The translations under genes were made by a program, and so were the position numbers. The notes beneath the pieces were generated by a model that was not told where the DNA came from, made no database searches, and saw only the letters and a program-made list of their open reading frames with translations. This document shows positions 19,801 to 29,507 of a DNA stretch of 64,000 nt, piece by piece. Source of the stretch: a virus. The stretch covers positions 10,664-74,663 of the IMG/VR virus record IMGVR_UViG_3300001097_000004. One strand, written 5' to 3'. Each line of letters opens with the position of its first letter. Position 1 is the stretch's first letter.

Positions 19801-22800
19801 TACGGATGAAGTTCGGGTGAGCGAACTCCAGCTGATCAGAAACTGAGTCAGCATTGGTGTAGTTGTTCGGGTTGTCGTCCGCAGCCATAAGCCCGGGGTC
19901 GGTAGGCGTGAAATTCTCAGCCAAGTCCTCTGAAGGTCGAGGTGTGGTCTTGATGTCGGCACGGTCAGGTGCGCTGGAGACCTCCTGCATGATCTCTGCA
20001 GACTCAGCGGGGGTCACACCCTCGTTGATGCGATCCTTGATCTCCTGCTTGCGCTCTGGAGTAATATCCTTGGCCTCAATAAGAGTCTCAACGACCTTTT
20101 CACGGTTCCCAGAAGCTACATGCTCCTCGGATGTGAATGTAGGGGCCTCTGGTGCCTCGTCAGGTGCAGGAATAGTATCATCGGGGTCAGCGTCGCCTCC
20201 GGAGTCCAGAGTCTCGTACTTCTCGTAAATCTTGTCGAGCTGCTTCTGGAGAATCTTCTTACGAATCGGATTGGTCTCGTTCGACTTCTCGATCTCAAGA
20301 CGACCGGCTAGGTCCTCTAGCTCGTCCGTGGTGTCCGGCATTCCGTCACCGACAGGCTCATCCTCAAGGGCAGCATCGGGCTCCGGAGTCTCGTCCGGTG
20401 TCGGCTCAGGCTCTGGAGTATCACGAACGGCTCGGGCAGCATCGCGCTCACGGCGGTCCTTCTCCATACGCAAATCATCTTCGCGCTCAAGATCGGTGAT
20501 GGAACGATCCTCTTCAGGTGTGTCGGTGCGTAGATCAATTTCTGCGTCGATTTCCTCGACCGACATATCCCTCGGCTTGGTCTCTACAGGCTGATCGGCC
20601 TTGATTTGCTCACGGCGTTCAAGTTCCTTACGAACATCCGCCATTTCCTTGGGGGAAGAGTTGCCGTTGTTTAGGACATCGTTGGCGTGGTTATCGAGGT
20701 CACCGTCAGACATGGTCTCTAGCGGAACTTCAACTTCAGAGTCTCCTGGAGCGACAACTTCTGCCGCAGCAGGGGCCTCAGGAGCTTCGGGAGCCTCTTC
20801 AGCTTCTGGAAGTGTGGCTGTGTCGTAGTTTTCGGTGCCAGGAATACCTCGTGAAGGGGTGTCTGGGTTCTCGTCAGACTCGTCGGTATAGTCGAAAGCC
20901 CATGCAAGGGAGCCTGGATCAAGGGCTTCCTGAGCGCGGGTAACGGCCACGTAGGCTAGACGCATCTCTTCGGGCTCTGGCCACGTCATTTCAGACTCCC
21001 CGGTCCTCTCGTTGACCTCTTCCTGAGGCCCACGGAAGTCCGCAGCGATCTTGACTCGGTTCCACTCAAGACCCTTAGCCTTGTGCGCGGTGGAGACTAC
21101 AACATCAATCGGAGCTTCATCGCTGTTCTGCATCGCAGTGATGCCATCAGCCATGCTGTCTGGTCTGCCGGTCTTGTCCCACGACTTGCTGTCACGGTTC
21201 CACTTGAACCCCATGGCTCGGAACTTGTCCCCAATCGGGAACGTGTTTCCGGACACCTTGAAGGTTACGTCTCCGCCACCAGCATCCTCAACATCATACA
21301 TGGCGGGCTTCATGCCACCGAACTTGTTGGGCACGTCTACGAGCACACCGCGTGCGCCCGGAGTCCACTTGACGGCCTCTCCAGCACCGAAGCCAGCACC
21401 ATCGGTCTCTCGGATGCTACCTACGGCCTGTTTGATCTGGTCCATACCCATCGTGTTCACGATGTTGTACAGCATGGACACCTTTGCGGAGGCCTTGCCA
21501 TTGGCTACGTCATCAGCAACTTCGTCCCATGTGGTGTAGCCCTGGAGGTCTTCGTGGTTGACTCTACCGTTGCCGTAGCGCAGTGTGTTCACGCTTTGGA
21601 CAAGGTTCTGCATGTCCTGCTTGAACTTCTTGGAAGTACCGACAACGCGGCCCTTCTCTAGCTCTTCGAGGATTGAGGTCAGTGCCCCAGCATTAGAGCG
21701 TGTGAGAATTGCATCCGGGTCGTTCATGGAGCCGGGCTCCATAACTTCACCCTTCTTACCTCCACCAATAACCTTCAGTGGGGAGTTGAGGAGCGAGAGG
21801 AACCGGTTCCCGAACCCAGCAATCTCGGGGCCGAAGCGCCAGGACTGTGTGAGGGGAAGATCGATATCAACCTCTACGTTGTCCATCTCGTTGATGGCAC
21901 CGCGGAAGGAGTAGATGGATTGTCGAGCGTCACCAACGTAGACCTTCTGGATGGTCTGATCACGGACGATCTTGGCCATAACCGGGTTGATGTCCTGGGC
22001 CTCATCGAAGAAGATTACGTCAGCCTTACCTGGTCCCTTGCCCGGAACGGACTGGGAGAGGTCTGGCTTGCTGAGAGCCCAAATCTTGAAGTTGTGGTTG
22101 AAGGTGTATTTGATCTTGCCAGTCGGGCTGTTTAGGTCGGCCCAATACTCTTCGGCCCACGCCTGTGTCTGCTCGTTGTGTGGGATGTCGAGACCCTCAA
22201 AGTGCTGAGGACCGATCTTGTCGTCAGCGCTAATGGAGAACTTGTCAATGGCCTCGCCTAGGGCGCGTGCAATCTCCGTGTCCTCGTGCTCTTCGCCGTC
22301 AAGCTTGGTGTTCTTGATATCGAGGTGCTGTGCAACCTTCTTAGGCAGCACTAGGGACTCTCGGTCACTGAGCTTCTTGGTGAGCTTCTTGTCTACACCA
22401 GCATACGCCAGTGAGTCGCCGGTACGTGAGTGCACGTTCTTCGGCATACGACCATCGGCCTCAAGCTGAGTAGTCTTGTTGAAGGCCACGTAAAGGATGT
22501 CCTTGTCCGGATCATTCTTCTGCAGCTGGCGAGCCATTAGCTCAAGTGTGGAGGTCTTACCGGTTCCGGCCAGAGCCTGCACAATGGCAGACATTCCGGA
22601 CATGACGGCGCGGATAATGTTGCGCTGTTCCTTGGTCGGCATGAACTTCTCGTCAGCGTAGTCCTCATCGGAGTCCTGGTAGGGAATTTCCGTCTGGGCT
22701 GCATCTCGGAGCTTCTGGCCTTCCTGGCTCTGCTGAAGAATCTCTTCGCTACGGGTCAACCCGCTACGCTCAGATGAAGCAATGTAATCATCCAGCGGGG

Positions 22801-25800
22801 TGTCCTCCGGAATATCAATGCTGTCTGCAGTACCAGAAGAGGACGGGATGCGATCTACATCTAGACGGTCGTCCGTGTCTCCACTAGGCTCGGCAATTTC
22901 ATAGATGGCAGAAGAGTTTGTAGGCTCGCCGTCGTTGTTGAGGTTGAGGGGCTTGTTGGTGTCCTGCAGTCCTGGGAAGTCCTGTCGGGACTTGCGCTCT
23001 GCAAGCGAGCCCTCAGAGTTGGGTCCAGCATCTACCTCATCTAGAGTAATGCTTTCGCCATTGACTACATCGAAGATAGCGTCTTGGTTTCGTTCCTTGC
23101 CGATACGGACAGCATCATCTCGGTCATCAACCTTCTCGGACACGTCCAGAGCGTACTCGTTGCCGTCTTCGGTCTTCCATACGCCAAGGTTGTTGCCGGG
23201 CTTGTCCAGCTCTTCACGGTTCTCGTCCACGTAGTTATTGACAGTGTCTAGGCCCTTCTCAGGGTTGTCGATATCATCCAGAGGGACACGGAACTCGTGA
23301 TCCTCAAGGGAAACAATGAACCCATCCTCGGGTCGTTCGCCAGTGTTGACATCAACAGTGATGCCACCATCCGTACGGATGTCGTCTAGCGTGGCCTCAT
23401 CGACCATGAATACACCCACACGACGTGCGTCAGGAACGTCAGTCTCGGTGCCAATAAGGTCAGCGCCCCATAGACTCTCGTCTACAGGTCCAGCCTTCTG
23501 ATCAGCGAACGGACGGTCGGGGATTGGCAGACTGCCGTTGTCTCCGAAGTAATTAGTCCAAGTGTTCTGACCACGAGTCTCAAGCCACAGGGCCTGCCAA
23601 GAATCTTTGGGCAAAGTGCGACGGTGGGTTCTCCATGCCTCCCATTCGCCCTTGGGGCCGAAGCCTACAGTGGCTCCACGCTCCTTGGACTTGACGTGAC
23701 CGAAGTAGTCGTGAACGGCACGGAAGAGGTCATTGACAACAAAGTCCTTGCGATCAATCGTGACGACATTCTTCATTGGGTGGCCCACAGGTAGAGTGGC
23801 TCCACCGTCTGCGAACACCTTCAACGTACCGTTGTTTTCCACGTCAGCAAGCATCTCTGCAGAGCTACCATACGGGTCGTCCTGGCCGAACTGAATTTCA
23901 ACTCCGTCAGCCTTCATCTCAAGGTACTGTGCAGCAATCGCATCGGTAAGCTTGAAGTAGGACTCGCGCACTTCGGGGGTTAGGTCCATATCTGGCAGGG
24001 CATCATAGGCCTCTGCCGCAGTGGGTCCCGAGGCATCCCAGGGGGTGACCTCTGGTTCGTCGGGGGCAGCGTCCATATCAGCGAGACGCTTCTCTTCAAT
24101 ACGTAGGTCAGCGTCGAGGTCATCAGCATACTCGCCGTTAGCAGTCTTGAGACGTTCCTTAAGGTCTGCAATACGTGACTCAACCTTGGCACGTTCGGGG
24201 CTTGAGGCCTCAGGAGCGTCCGGCTCCGGCAGAGTATCATCAACTACGGGGCGGTCGGGAAGAGTGTTGATGGCCTTGAGGGTCTTCTCCATCTCGGCCC
24301 AGCGGTCCTTCTGGTCCTGGCTGCGGAGGTCTACCTGCCAGCTGTCGTTGAAGTCCTCTAGACGTGCGGCCCAGGAGGCATCCTTTTGAAGTTCATCCAG
24401 AACCTCCTGCTTGGAGGCCCCATTCTCGATCATCTCAGCGATGTGGCCGTCAGAGTCGAAGTCCTTGATGAGGTCGGCGGCGAGGTCCGGCTTGGGCGCA
24501 GCGAGCCGCTCCTTCTCAGCGGCTCGTTCGGCCTTGACGGTGTCCGTATAGTCAACGTGCTCCTGGACTGAGTTCCACGAGTACGCGGTACCACCAGGCA
24601 TCTGGCCGTCCTTGTGCTTGATAACAAAGCGCGGAGAGAGCTGACCGTTTCCCCCCTTGATGGAGAGAAGTGTGGCTTCGATGTTACCGTCTGGAGAAGT
24701 CCAAACTTCACTGCCGTTAGCGTCAGTGCTCTTGGTCCAACCCTCTAGAGGGGTATTACCAAAGCGGTCAAGGTTGGTGTCTTCAGGAATGTCCAGCTCT
24801 GCGGGGTCGGCGGGGGTGTCCGCTTCTGGCGCAGGGGTAGTACGTGCATCACTGTCGGATACAATCAACTTCCCACGATTGACAACTATGTAATAGTTGG
24901 AGCCATCATCCTGCTTGGCGACAATCGCGTCATACCCCAACTCGGAGGCCAAAGCACCAATACCCTGCCCCATCTGAGCAGACATGGCACGGTCTATCTG
25001 AATGTCTCTAGACTTCCAGTTTACCTCGGGTCGTTCATCCAGTGGGATACTTTCAAACGCCCGGAAAGTCTCCATACGAGCGAGCGCTAAAGTTCTAAGC
25101 TCGTCCATGTCAATGATTTTTGCATCCCTAGGGAGTGCGGCAGCTACGGCATAATCATTACCGTCCATATCGGAGTAGTCACTAACAACCCCTTCATAGT
25201 TATCTCCAAAGTAGATTCCGAGACCGAAATCTCCAGGCTTGAATGGGGCAATCTCGGAGGTTCGTAGAGCGTCTGCACGCCCCTCGGGAGTGTCAGGAGT
25301 TCCCGTCTCGCCGTCCTCGTCGTCATCATCGGATGACCCGTTCCAGCTCAGCCCCTCCATGCGATAGATCGGTGTGGCACCGGCATCAACGGCATCTTTT
25401 AGCTCTTCGGCAGTAACAACCTGGGGCAGACCGCTACCATTCTCTGCGACAACAAAGTCAGAACTGAGGTTAAGACCGTACTGGTAGTTATACTTCCCGA
25501 ACATGTCTGGACCGAGATCAGTAGGAGACTCCTCACTAGTGTATGGAGAAGACTCTTTTGACGTGCCGTCAGGCGCGTCTAGTGCATCGAGCTTGGCCTG
25601 CGTGTCCGCAATGTCCTGCTCGATCTGATCTAGCTGCTCGGGCTTGGCGTTGTCTAGTCTTTTGTTATTCCGAGCGAGGGTACGTTCGAGGGCTCTTCGG
25701 TCGGAGTCGTCTCCGCTGTCGGCTGGGGCTGCTGTGGGCTTGTCTCCTCCGGAGTCTCCACTATCCCCTCCTCGGGAGTCGGGCTCGGCTGGGCTCCCTG

Positions 25801-27508
25801 TGTCAGCTTCTGGCTGATCTGGGTCGTCCACTGCCTTAGCTGTTCCGGGGTCATCTGTCCCAGATTTTCCGGAATCGGAATCACTGTCTTTGGCATCGGG
25901 TGCCTCCTTCTTTTCGGTTTCCTTAGGATCGCCAGCCAGCTCCTTCTTGAGGTCGTCAACAGACTTCTCCAGGTCAGCAAGACGCTTGTCCTCTTTGGCT
26001 TTGTCGTTCTTCTGCTGCTCCTTGAGACCGGCTCGGGCCGTGTCGGCTTCTTCCATGTCTCCGGAGTCGGCGTTCTCACCCTTGTCGTCTAGGTTCTTCT
26101 GGGCTCTTGTGTCAGCGTCAATGATCTGCTCACGCGCTAGAGCGTCAGCCTCTTCACGCGCCTTCTCGTAGGCATCCCAACCGGCACGCTCTTCTTCGGT
26201 CATGTCGTCTACGGGCTCGATCTTCTTCGAGGGTGCGTCCGTCTCCGGAGCCTCCCCCTCAGGCGCATCAGCCTCGGCTTCAGGAGCCTCATCTAGGGCT
26301 GCAATCTTCTCTTCAGTCTCAACGATCTGCTTCTCAAGACGTTCGAACTGCTTGCCATCTGCATTGGCTTGCTGATCGTTCAGCTTGGCTAGGCGGGTCT
26401 CCAGAGCTTCGCGCTCTTCAGGCTTGACCTGACTGGCAGGCTCGCCAGCCACACGTCCCTTGTCGTTGGGGATGGTCTCTCCGGTGGAGAGGTCGTGGAA
26501 CTCGGGGGCACCGATGCCACCAGCCTGGGCCTTAGCGTTGTCTAGGGTGTCAGCGGAGGTGTAAATCTCAACAGAACCGGAATCCGAGTCTACAACGAGG
26601 CGCTTTCCGGAGCCCTCCTTGAGGTAGTCACTATTCGCTTCAACGAACTGGGCCAGACCTTCAGGAGAGGTGTCCTGGCCGGACTTGCCGGTAGGAATAA
26701 GGAAGCCCTCACGTGCAACACCGAAGGTGTCAAGGTCGAGTTCACCCTCACCAAGGTCACTCTCGGACTGCGCGTCAGCAATGTCCTGAGGCTGAACGTC
26801 AGCGCCCTCGGGCAGACGTTCCTTGGTATCAAGAGTGTCCTCCTCAGGACCGAAAGAGTCTAGCTCGTTGACCTGCTTGAGCGCGAAGCCCACGCCACGC
26901 CAGTTCTTGACGGTGCCCGGGTTGTTGTTGACATTTTCAACGCCCCATGTCTCTGTCGGGGAGCCGTCCACTTCGGTGGTGCTGTGGTAGAGGTTATAGT
27001 CGTTGTCCTCTGTGGACCACATCTCCGCACCGCCCCTAGCGGGCTTGTGGTTCCAGCCGATGGGTGAGTCTGAGAACGGAATCTTGTCAACGTCAGGAAT
27101 CTTTTCGGAGAGACGTTCCTTGACGAGGGTGCCGTTAGCGTCTAGACCGAGCTTGATACCCCGGTCGGAGAGTTGCTTGGCGGAAAGCTGGCCAACGAAC
27201 TCCTGCACGTTGGAACTCTTTACATCATAGAACCCGGTCCTAAGTCCGGAAGGGTCCTCGGAGACGTAGACCTGAGCGGTCTGCGGATCACGAGCACCTA
27301 CGAATGATCCGAGCACGGAACGAACGGTTCCATCACTGAAGCGAACCTTGAACTTGAGCAACCCACGACCCATGAAAATGAATCGTCCGTAACGGTCACG
27401 CAGCTGGAGCTTGGCTCGTGCTGAACGTGCGGCCTTGCTATTTCCACCAGCGGCAACAAGTGCGGCCAGTTCCTCATCAAAGTCAGGAAACTCAGGAAAA
27501 TCGAGCAC
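16835..27508 (-). CDS. Giant polyvalent protein (ART-like, HDxxGH, SF1 helicase and HipA/PI3K-like kinase domains)
   Basis: 3557 aa. Helicase motifs: ALAGTGKTST, FDEAQD, VGDARQSIYSFRGA, LTQSWRFG, STAHKAKGLEW, RLAYVAVTRA. Kinase motifs: LFVK, AELAA, DFLIGNPDR..GN, IDHG. ART-like motifs: YR.EG, GLGIYF, GYDAI. Confidence 0.85.
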   Translation of the reverse strand: MLDFPEFPDFDEELAALVAAGGNSKAARSARAKLQLRDRYGRFIFMGRGLLKFKVRFSDGTVRSVLGSFVGARDPQTAQVYVSEDPSGLRTGFYDVKSSNVQEFVGQLSAKQLSDRGIKLGLDANGTLVKERLSEKIPDVDKIPFSDSPIGWNHKPARGGAEMWSTEDNDYNLYHSTTEVDGSPTETWGVENVNNNPGTVKNWRGVGFALKQVNELDSFGPEEDTLDTKERLPEGADVQPQDIADAQSESDLGEGELDLDTFGVAREGFLIPTGKSGQDTSPEGLAQFVEANSDYLKEGSGKRLVVDSDSGSVEIYTSADTLDNAKAQAGGIGAPEFHDLSTGETIPNDKGRVAGEPASQVKPEEREALETRLAKLNDQQANADGKQFERLEKQIVETEEKIAALDEAPEAEADAPEGEAPETDAPSKKIEPVDDMTEEERAGWDAYEKAREEADALAREQIIDADTRAQKNLDDKGENADSGDMEEADTARAGLKEQQKNDKAKEDKRLADLEKSVDDLKKELAGDPKETEKKEAPDAKDSDSDSGKSGTDDPGTAKAVDDPDQPEADTGSPAEPDSRGGDSGDSGGDKPTAAPADSGDDSDRRALERTLARNNKRLDNAKPEQLDQIEQDIADTQAKLDALDAPDGTSKESSPYTSEESPTDLGPDMFGKYNYQYGLNLSSDFVVAENGSGLPQVVTAEELKDAVDAGATPIYRMEGLSWNGSSDDDDEDGETGTPDTPEGRADALRTSEIAPFKPGDFGLGIYFGDNYEGVVSDYSDMDGNDYAVAAALPRDAKIIDMDELRTLALARMETFRAFESIPLDERPEVNWKSRDIQIDRAMSAQMGQGIGALASELGYDAIVAKQDDGSNYYIVVNRGKLIVSDSDARTTPAPEADTPADPAELDIPEDTNLDRFGNTPLEGWTKSTDANGSEVWTSPDGNIEATLLSIKGGNGQLSPRFVIKHKDGQMPGGTAYSWNSVQEHVDYTDTVKAERAAEKERLAAPKPDLAADLIKDFDSDGHIAEMIENGASKQEVLDELQKDASWAARLEDFNDSWQVDLRSQDQKDRWAEMEKTLKAINTLPDRPVVDDTLPEPDAPEASSPERAKVESRIADLKERLKTANGEYADDLDADLRIEEKRLADMDAAPDEPEVTPWDASGPTAAEAYDALPDMDLTPEVRESYFKLTDAIAAQYLEMKADGVEIQFGQDDPYGSSAEMLADVENNGTLKVFADGGATLPVGHPMKNVVTIDRKDFVVNDLFRAVHDYFGHVKSKERGATVGFGPKGEWEAWRTHRRTLPKDSWQALWLETRGQNTWTNYFGDNGSLPIPDRPFADQKAGPVDESLWGADLIGTETDVPDARRVGVFMVDEATLDDIRTDGGITVDVNTGERPEDGFIVSLEDHEFRVPLDDIDNPEKGLDTVNNYVDENREELDKPGNNLGVWKTEDGNEYALDVSEKVDDRDDAVRIGKERNQDAIFDVVNGESITLDEVDAGPNSEGSLAERKSRQDFPGLQDTNKPLNLNNDGEPTNSSAIYEIAEPSGDTDDRLDVDRIPSSSGTADSIDIPEDTPLDDYIASSERSGLTRSEEILQQSQEGQKLRDAAQTEIPYQDSDEDYADEKFMPTKEQRNIIRAVMSGMSAIVQALAGTGKTSTLELMARQLQKNDPDKDILYVAFNKTTQLEADGRMPKNVHSRTGDSLAYAGVDKKLTKKLSDRESLVLPKKVAQHLDIKNTKLDGEEHEDTEIARALGEAIDKFSISADDKIGPQHFEGLDIPHNEQTQAWAEEYWADLNSPTGKIKYTFNHNFKIWALSKPDLSQSVPGKGPGKADVIFFDEAQDINPVMAKIVRDQTIQKVYVGDARQSIYSFRGAINEMDNVEVDIDLPLTQSWRFGPEIAGFGNRFLSLLNSPLKVIGGGKKGEVMEPGSMNDPDAILTRSNAGALTSILEELEKGRVVGTSKKFKQDMQNLVQSVNTLRYGNGRVNHEDLQGYTTWDEVADDVANGKASAKVSMLYNIVNTMGMDQIKQAVGSIRETDGAGFGAGEAVKWTPGARGVLVDVPNKFGGMKPAMYDVEDAGGGDVTFKVSGNTFPIGDKFRAMGFKWNRDSKSWDKTGRPDSMADGITAMQNSDEAPIDVVVSTAHKAKGLEWNRVKIAADFRGPQEEVNERTGESEMTWPEPEEMRLAYVAVTRAQEALDPGSLAWAFDYTDESDENPDTPSRGIPGTENYDTATLPEAEEAPEAPEAPAAAEVVAPGDSEVEVPLETMSDGDLDNHANDVLNNGNSSPKEMADVRKELERREQIKADQPVETKPRDMSVEEIDAEIDLRTDTPEEDRSITDLEREDDLRMEKDRRERDAARAVRDTPEPEPTPDETPEPDAALEDEPVGDGMPDTTDELEDLAGRLEIEKSNETNPIRKKILQKQLDKIYEKYETLDSGGDADPDDTIPAPDEAPEAPTFTSEEHVASGNREKVVETLIEAKDITPERKQEIKDRINEGVTPAESAEIMQEVSSAPDRADIKTTPRPSEDLAENFTPTDPGLMAADDNPNNYTNADSVSDQLEFAHPNFIRKDNGDMIVQSREFGEKRYDTTIRRTSSNQFFTYITATDLKTGEVTATRLRENGQHSPKAVFKSLNYIKKGMSGIGDPEAFFKKQRYVKKDYLGTDGVLPDSAADELISGTDLPKSVHEADSQAIGAIVQMLMDNPEVTNLKALKAIGAKSSLDPKMIAKVFSAVKRRQKAEANYKLNPGKADKPSHISFDGTKLHAGDWVDWTDNSKTRPVKDADGNNIPLRDEDGNLVYNVTTGKPKVVTEPNPNYGRVYRGQVDHLLYEALNPAGYGYGDTTLSTFIEKNTENGLRNPESRSIPHVGSGLQKVSGPDAPESEPFFPPTRVIDHDLMEANGFGVPETGDKTVARPKKAAPTKAKAELNPATGKTEIEGFEGANVPSDSRDAAIRVENAEPKSARASELAPGDHITTLDKGNNVQYETVIRIQRKDNDRTQVTTASAGEDGSQTIKERDLGPETLTAFEDMDLSEFDDVIDPAAPATNAQIDTLRRLLDDKRLTRADFDMAQGVLGDLDATQADVEDMIRTISDIEEEAQTRENESPLAALFAQFGISTETLNLVEGRSEQDLADLRSGVDYGGEAVSFPDIAEVNKLEKIGRSTDQFERRYKLVRDMEVGDIIPLRGLGYLQTLGRKDDGTIRVRLLDAEDPYGAPISVDGVLRNTGEIFDYSPDKDQQFNVIVPSKANETYFAATPSRAQVEANARRRHRGGDDSPTLVADEPHFYENIKSESAAQIASLLEGSTPDGPAPEQGALHELGAFVKTADGQKLFVKRARGASKVGMGQAELAANRVMRAVGIDDVTMSMLPDGVTVASTTIPGKAAAQHYSVPRTGNRDADEGASISLWYKDIDKSFWEPGHENMPKIGLLDFLIGNPDRDQNLGNMMITPEGKHVPIDHGLLSLEPEFQKNVWQSPYTDRLLADLRAGRGNMTSAELLMVKGKLQAVFPDFVDMDQTAWYGTIMFRLNGLINSVNKGPQVIDSNELLEDDDEEPGLW

Positions 27509-27574
27509 AGAAAAGTCCTCTACGTAGGGTGCGAATGGTACTACCCCATCGTAGCAGAAAAATCTAGCTTTATA

Positions 27575-27790
27575 TCAACTTTCCAGCGGAGTGATCGACA
27601 GATACCCGTTAGACCACCCAGAAATCTTCAAGAGCAGAGCATCACCACGAACACCAGGCTTCTCAAACCCCTTCAGAGTGTTCGTTGCCGTAGATGTGGT
27701 GGTGCTGAATGTTTGGGTTTCGTGGTCGTAGACGATCTGACCAAGAATCTTGTTGAATCGGTCAGTCACGTTGAGGGTTGTAGTTTCCAT
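27575..27790 (-). CDS. Small hypothetical protein
   Basis: 71 aa between portal and giant gene; TAGGAT -10 box 6 nt before the ATG. Confidence 0.65.
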   Translation of the reverse strand: METTTLNVTDRFNKILGQIVYDHETQTFSTTTSTATNTLKGFEKPGVRGDALLLKISGWSNGYLSITPLES

Positions 27791-27808
27791 GTCCCTATCC
27801 TATCAGGT

Positions 27809-29497
27809 CTACTGCGGTTCCGCAAGGTCAATTGGGGGAGCATTAGCGCCCGGGGCGACATCAGGTCCGTCCGACACAGGCTCCGCACCCGGCTCAGCTC
27901 CAGGGTCAGCGGACCCGGCGTTCGGGTCTCCCGGAGAGCCGCCCTTGAGAATGTCGTTGACATCACCGGGGATCGGAGCCGCGTTGGTGGCCTGACTTGC
28001 GGCACGGGCGGCATCCATAAGCTCAGGGGAGATAACCTTCAACAGGCTCTCGGTCAGCTCAGGAGTGAATGTGGCGCGGTCCATGAGAAGACGCAAAGCC
28101 AGCTCCGTGGGGTCCGGAGCATCCGAATCCGAGAAGCCGTGCTGTCTACGCCATGTCTGGGCGGAGACGGCCATCTTCTCGTACCCCACGTTGGCATCTT
28201 CAGCGCGGTCGTTGCGGGTAGCAACAGAGGAGGGATCGTACCAGACAACGAGACGGTCAACCTCAGCCTGATCCCAGCCCTCAGCCATGAGGTAGGGACG
28301 CAAGTAGACAATGGTGATTGCGTCAGAGATCAGGAGAAGCATCGGCTCAATGTGGGCCTTGTAAAGTGCTTCGTCAATTTGTATTGCGTTGCTGTACTTC
28401 ACGTTGGCCAGGCCTGTAACAACATCCTTCGGAACGTCAAGTCCCTGGAGGATTCTCTCCAGCACGCGGTCAGAGCGGGCGATCATCGTCTGGTCGTACT
28501 CACGCGTGAATGTGATGTGACGGATTTCTTTTCCCAACTCTGTGGGGCCACGCACTAGGAGAGGCACAACCGCAGACGCGGAGTCCTCTTCAGAGATGGG
28601 TGTGGTCATAGCTTCGACCAGCTCGTTCTCGAACGAGTCCGCGATCTCTTCGGGCGTGGGTTCCTTGTCGGCATCCTCTCCATCCTCTAGATAGAGGTCT
28701 GGGTCGGGCATAGCGGCGTTGGAGAGGCCGTCCGGAACGAACAGCAGACCGGCGTTCAACCTAGAGCGTTCGACGGAGCGGAAGGATCGGTTAAGGAGTA
28801 GAAGTTCAGCGCAGAGGTCGAGGAGGCCCTTCAGGCTGGAGTCGGGGTCCTCAGAGAAGCGCGGGTGGGCACGCCACATACGACCCACGAACGCGGTGTC
28901 GGGGAGCATAATGCTGCCCTGCTTGGTTCCACTACCACCAACTAGATCAGATCGGGGTGCGAGGTAGTAGCTATTTTTTCCGGCCATCTGAAGCTCGTCA
29001 ACGGATCGGACATCCCATGACTCGCGGGTGCCGGTTCCAATACGCTCAGGAAGCTGAACTAGATAGCACTCGCCAGCAACACTGAGGTTGAGAGCTGCAT
29101 CGCGCAAGAGGCCCGCCTGTCCACCGTAGGCAGAGTCTAGACGGGTGACGGCACGAACGGCAGCGTCCGCGAGATCGGGGTCAAGAGTGTCGGAGTCTCT
29201 AACAGAAATAGGAACCTCTGCCGGATTTTCAATAACAGCCGGGTAGAGACGAATTCGGGAGACCACGGAGGCCACCAAGTTGAAGGCGTACTTGATCTCA
29301 CCGATAGAGTCGTAGTACTCCCAGGCCTCAGTCTGCCACTGCTTTGTATTGGAGCCTTGACGGCGCTTGAAGGCTGCGGCCTCGTTCTTGTCCTTAAGGT
29401 TGATTCGAGATGCAGCAGCAGTTAGGGGGCGCGGTGCGTTGTAGACCGTAGCCTCGGCTGAAGAGGCATCGGGGTCACGGAGGAACGGGGAAGCCAT
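27809..29497 (-). CDS. Portal protein
   Basis: WQTEAWEYYD.IGEIKYA, LNLSVAGECYL, W.AHPR..PDS, GLDVPK.VVTG, VWYD.S motifs. The start MASPF has an AAGGA RBS. Confidence 0.9.
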   Translation of the reverse strand: MASPFLRDPDASSAEATVYNAPRPLTAAASRINLKDKNEAAAFKRRQGSNTKQWQTEAWEYYDSIGEIKYAFNLVASVVSRIRLYPAVIENPAEVPISVRDSDTLDPDLADAAVRAVTRLDSAYGGQAGLLRDAALNLSVAGECYLVQLPERIGTGTRESWDVRSVDELQMAGKNSYYLAPRSDLVGGSGTKQGSIMLPDTAFVGRMWRAHPRFSEDPDSSLKGLLDLCAELLLLNRSFRSVERSRLNAGLLFVPDGLSNAAMPDPDLYLEDGEDADKEPTPEEIADSFENELVEAMTTPISEEDSASAVVPLLVRGPTELGKEIRHITFTREYDQTMIARSDRVLERILQGLDVPKDVVTGLANVKYSNAIQIDEALYKAHIEPMLLLISDAITIVYLRPYLMAEGWDQAEVDRLVVWYDPSSVATRNDRAEDANVGYEKMAVSAQTWRRQHGFSDSDAPDPTELALRLLMDRATFTPELTESLLKVISPELMDAARAASQATNAAPIPGDVNDILKGGSPGDPNAGSADPGAEPGAEPVSDGPDVAPGANAPPIDLAEPQ

Positions 29498-29507
29498 GTA
29501 TAGGTCC

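Noticed and set aside
815-29000. Many plus-strand ORFs of 60-280 aa within the structural module
   Set aside because: They are antisense shadows of long minus-strand genes, are Ser/Ala-rich, and lack motifs or start signals.
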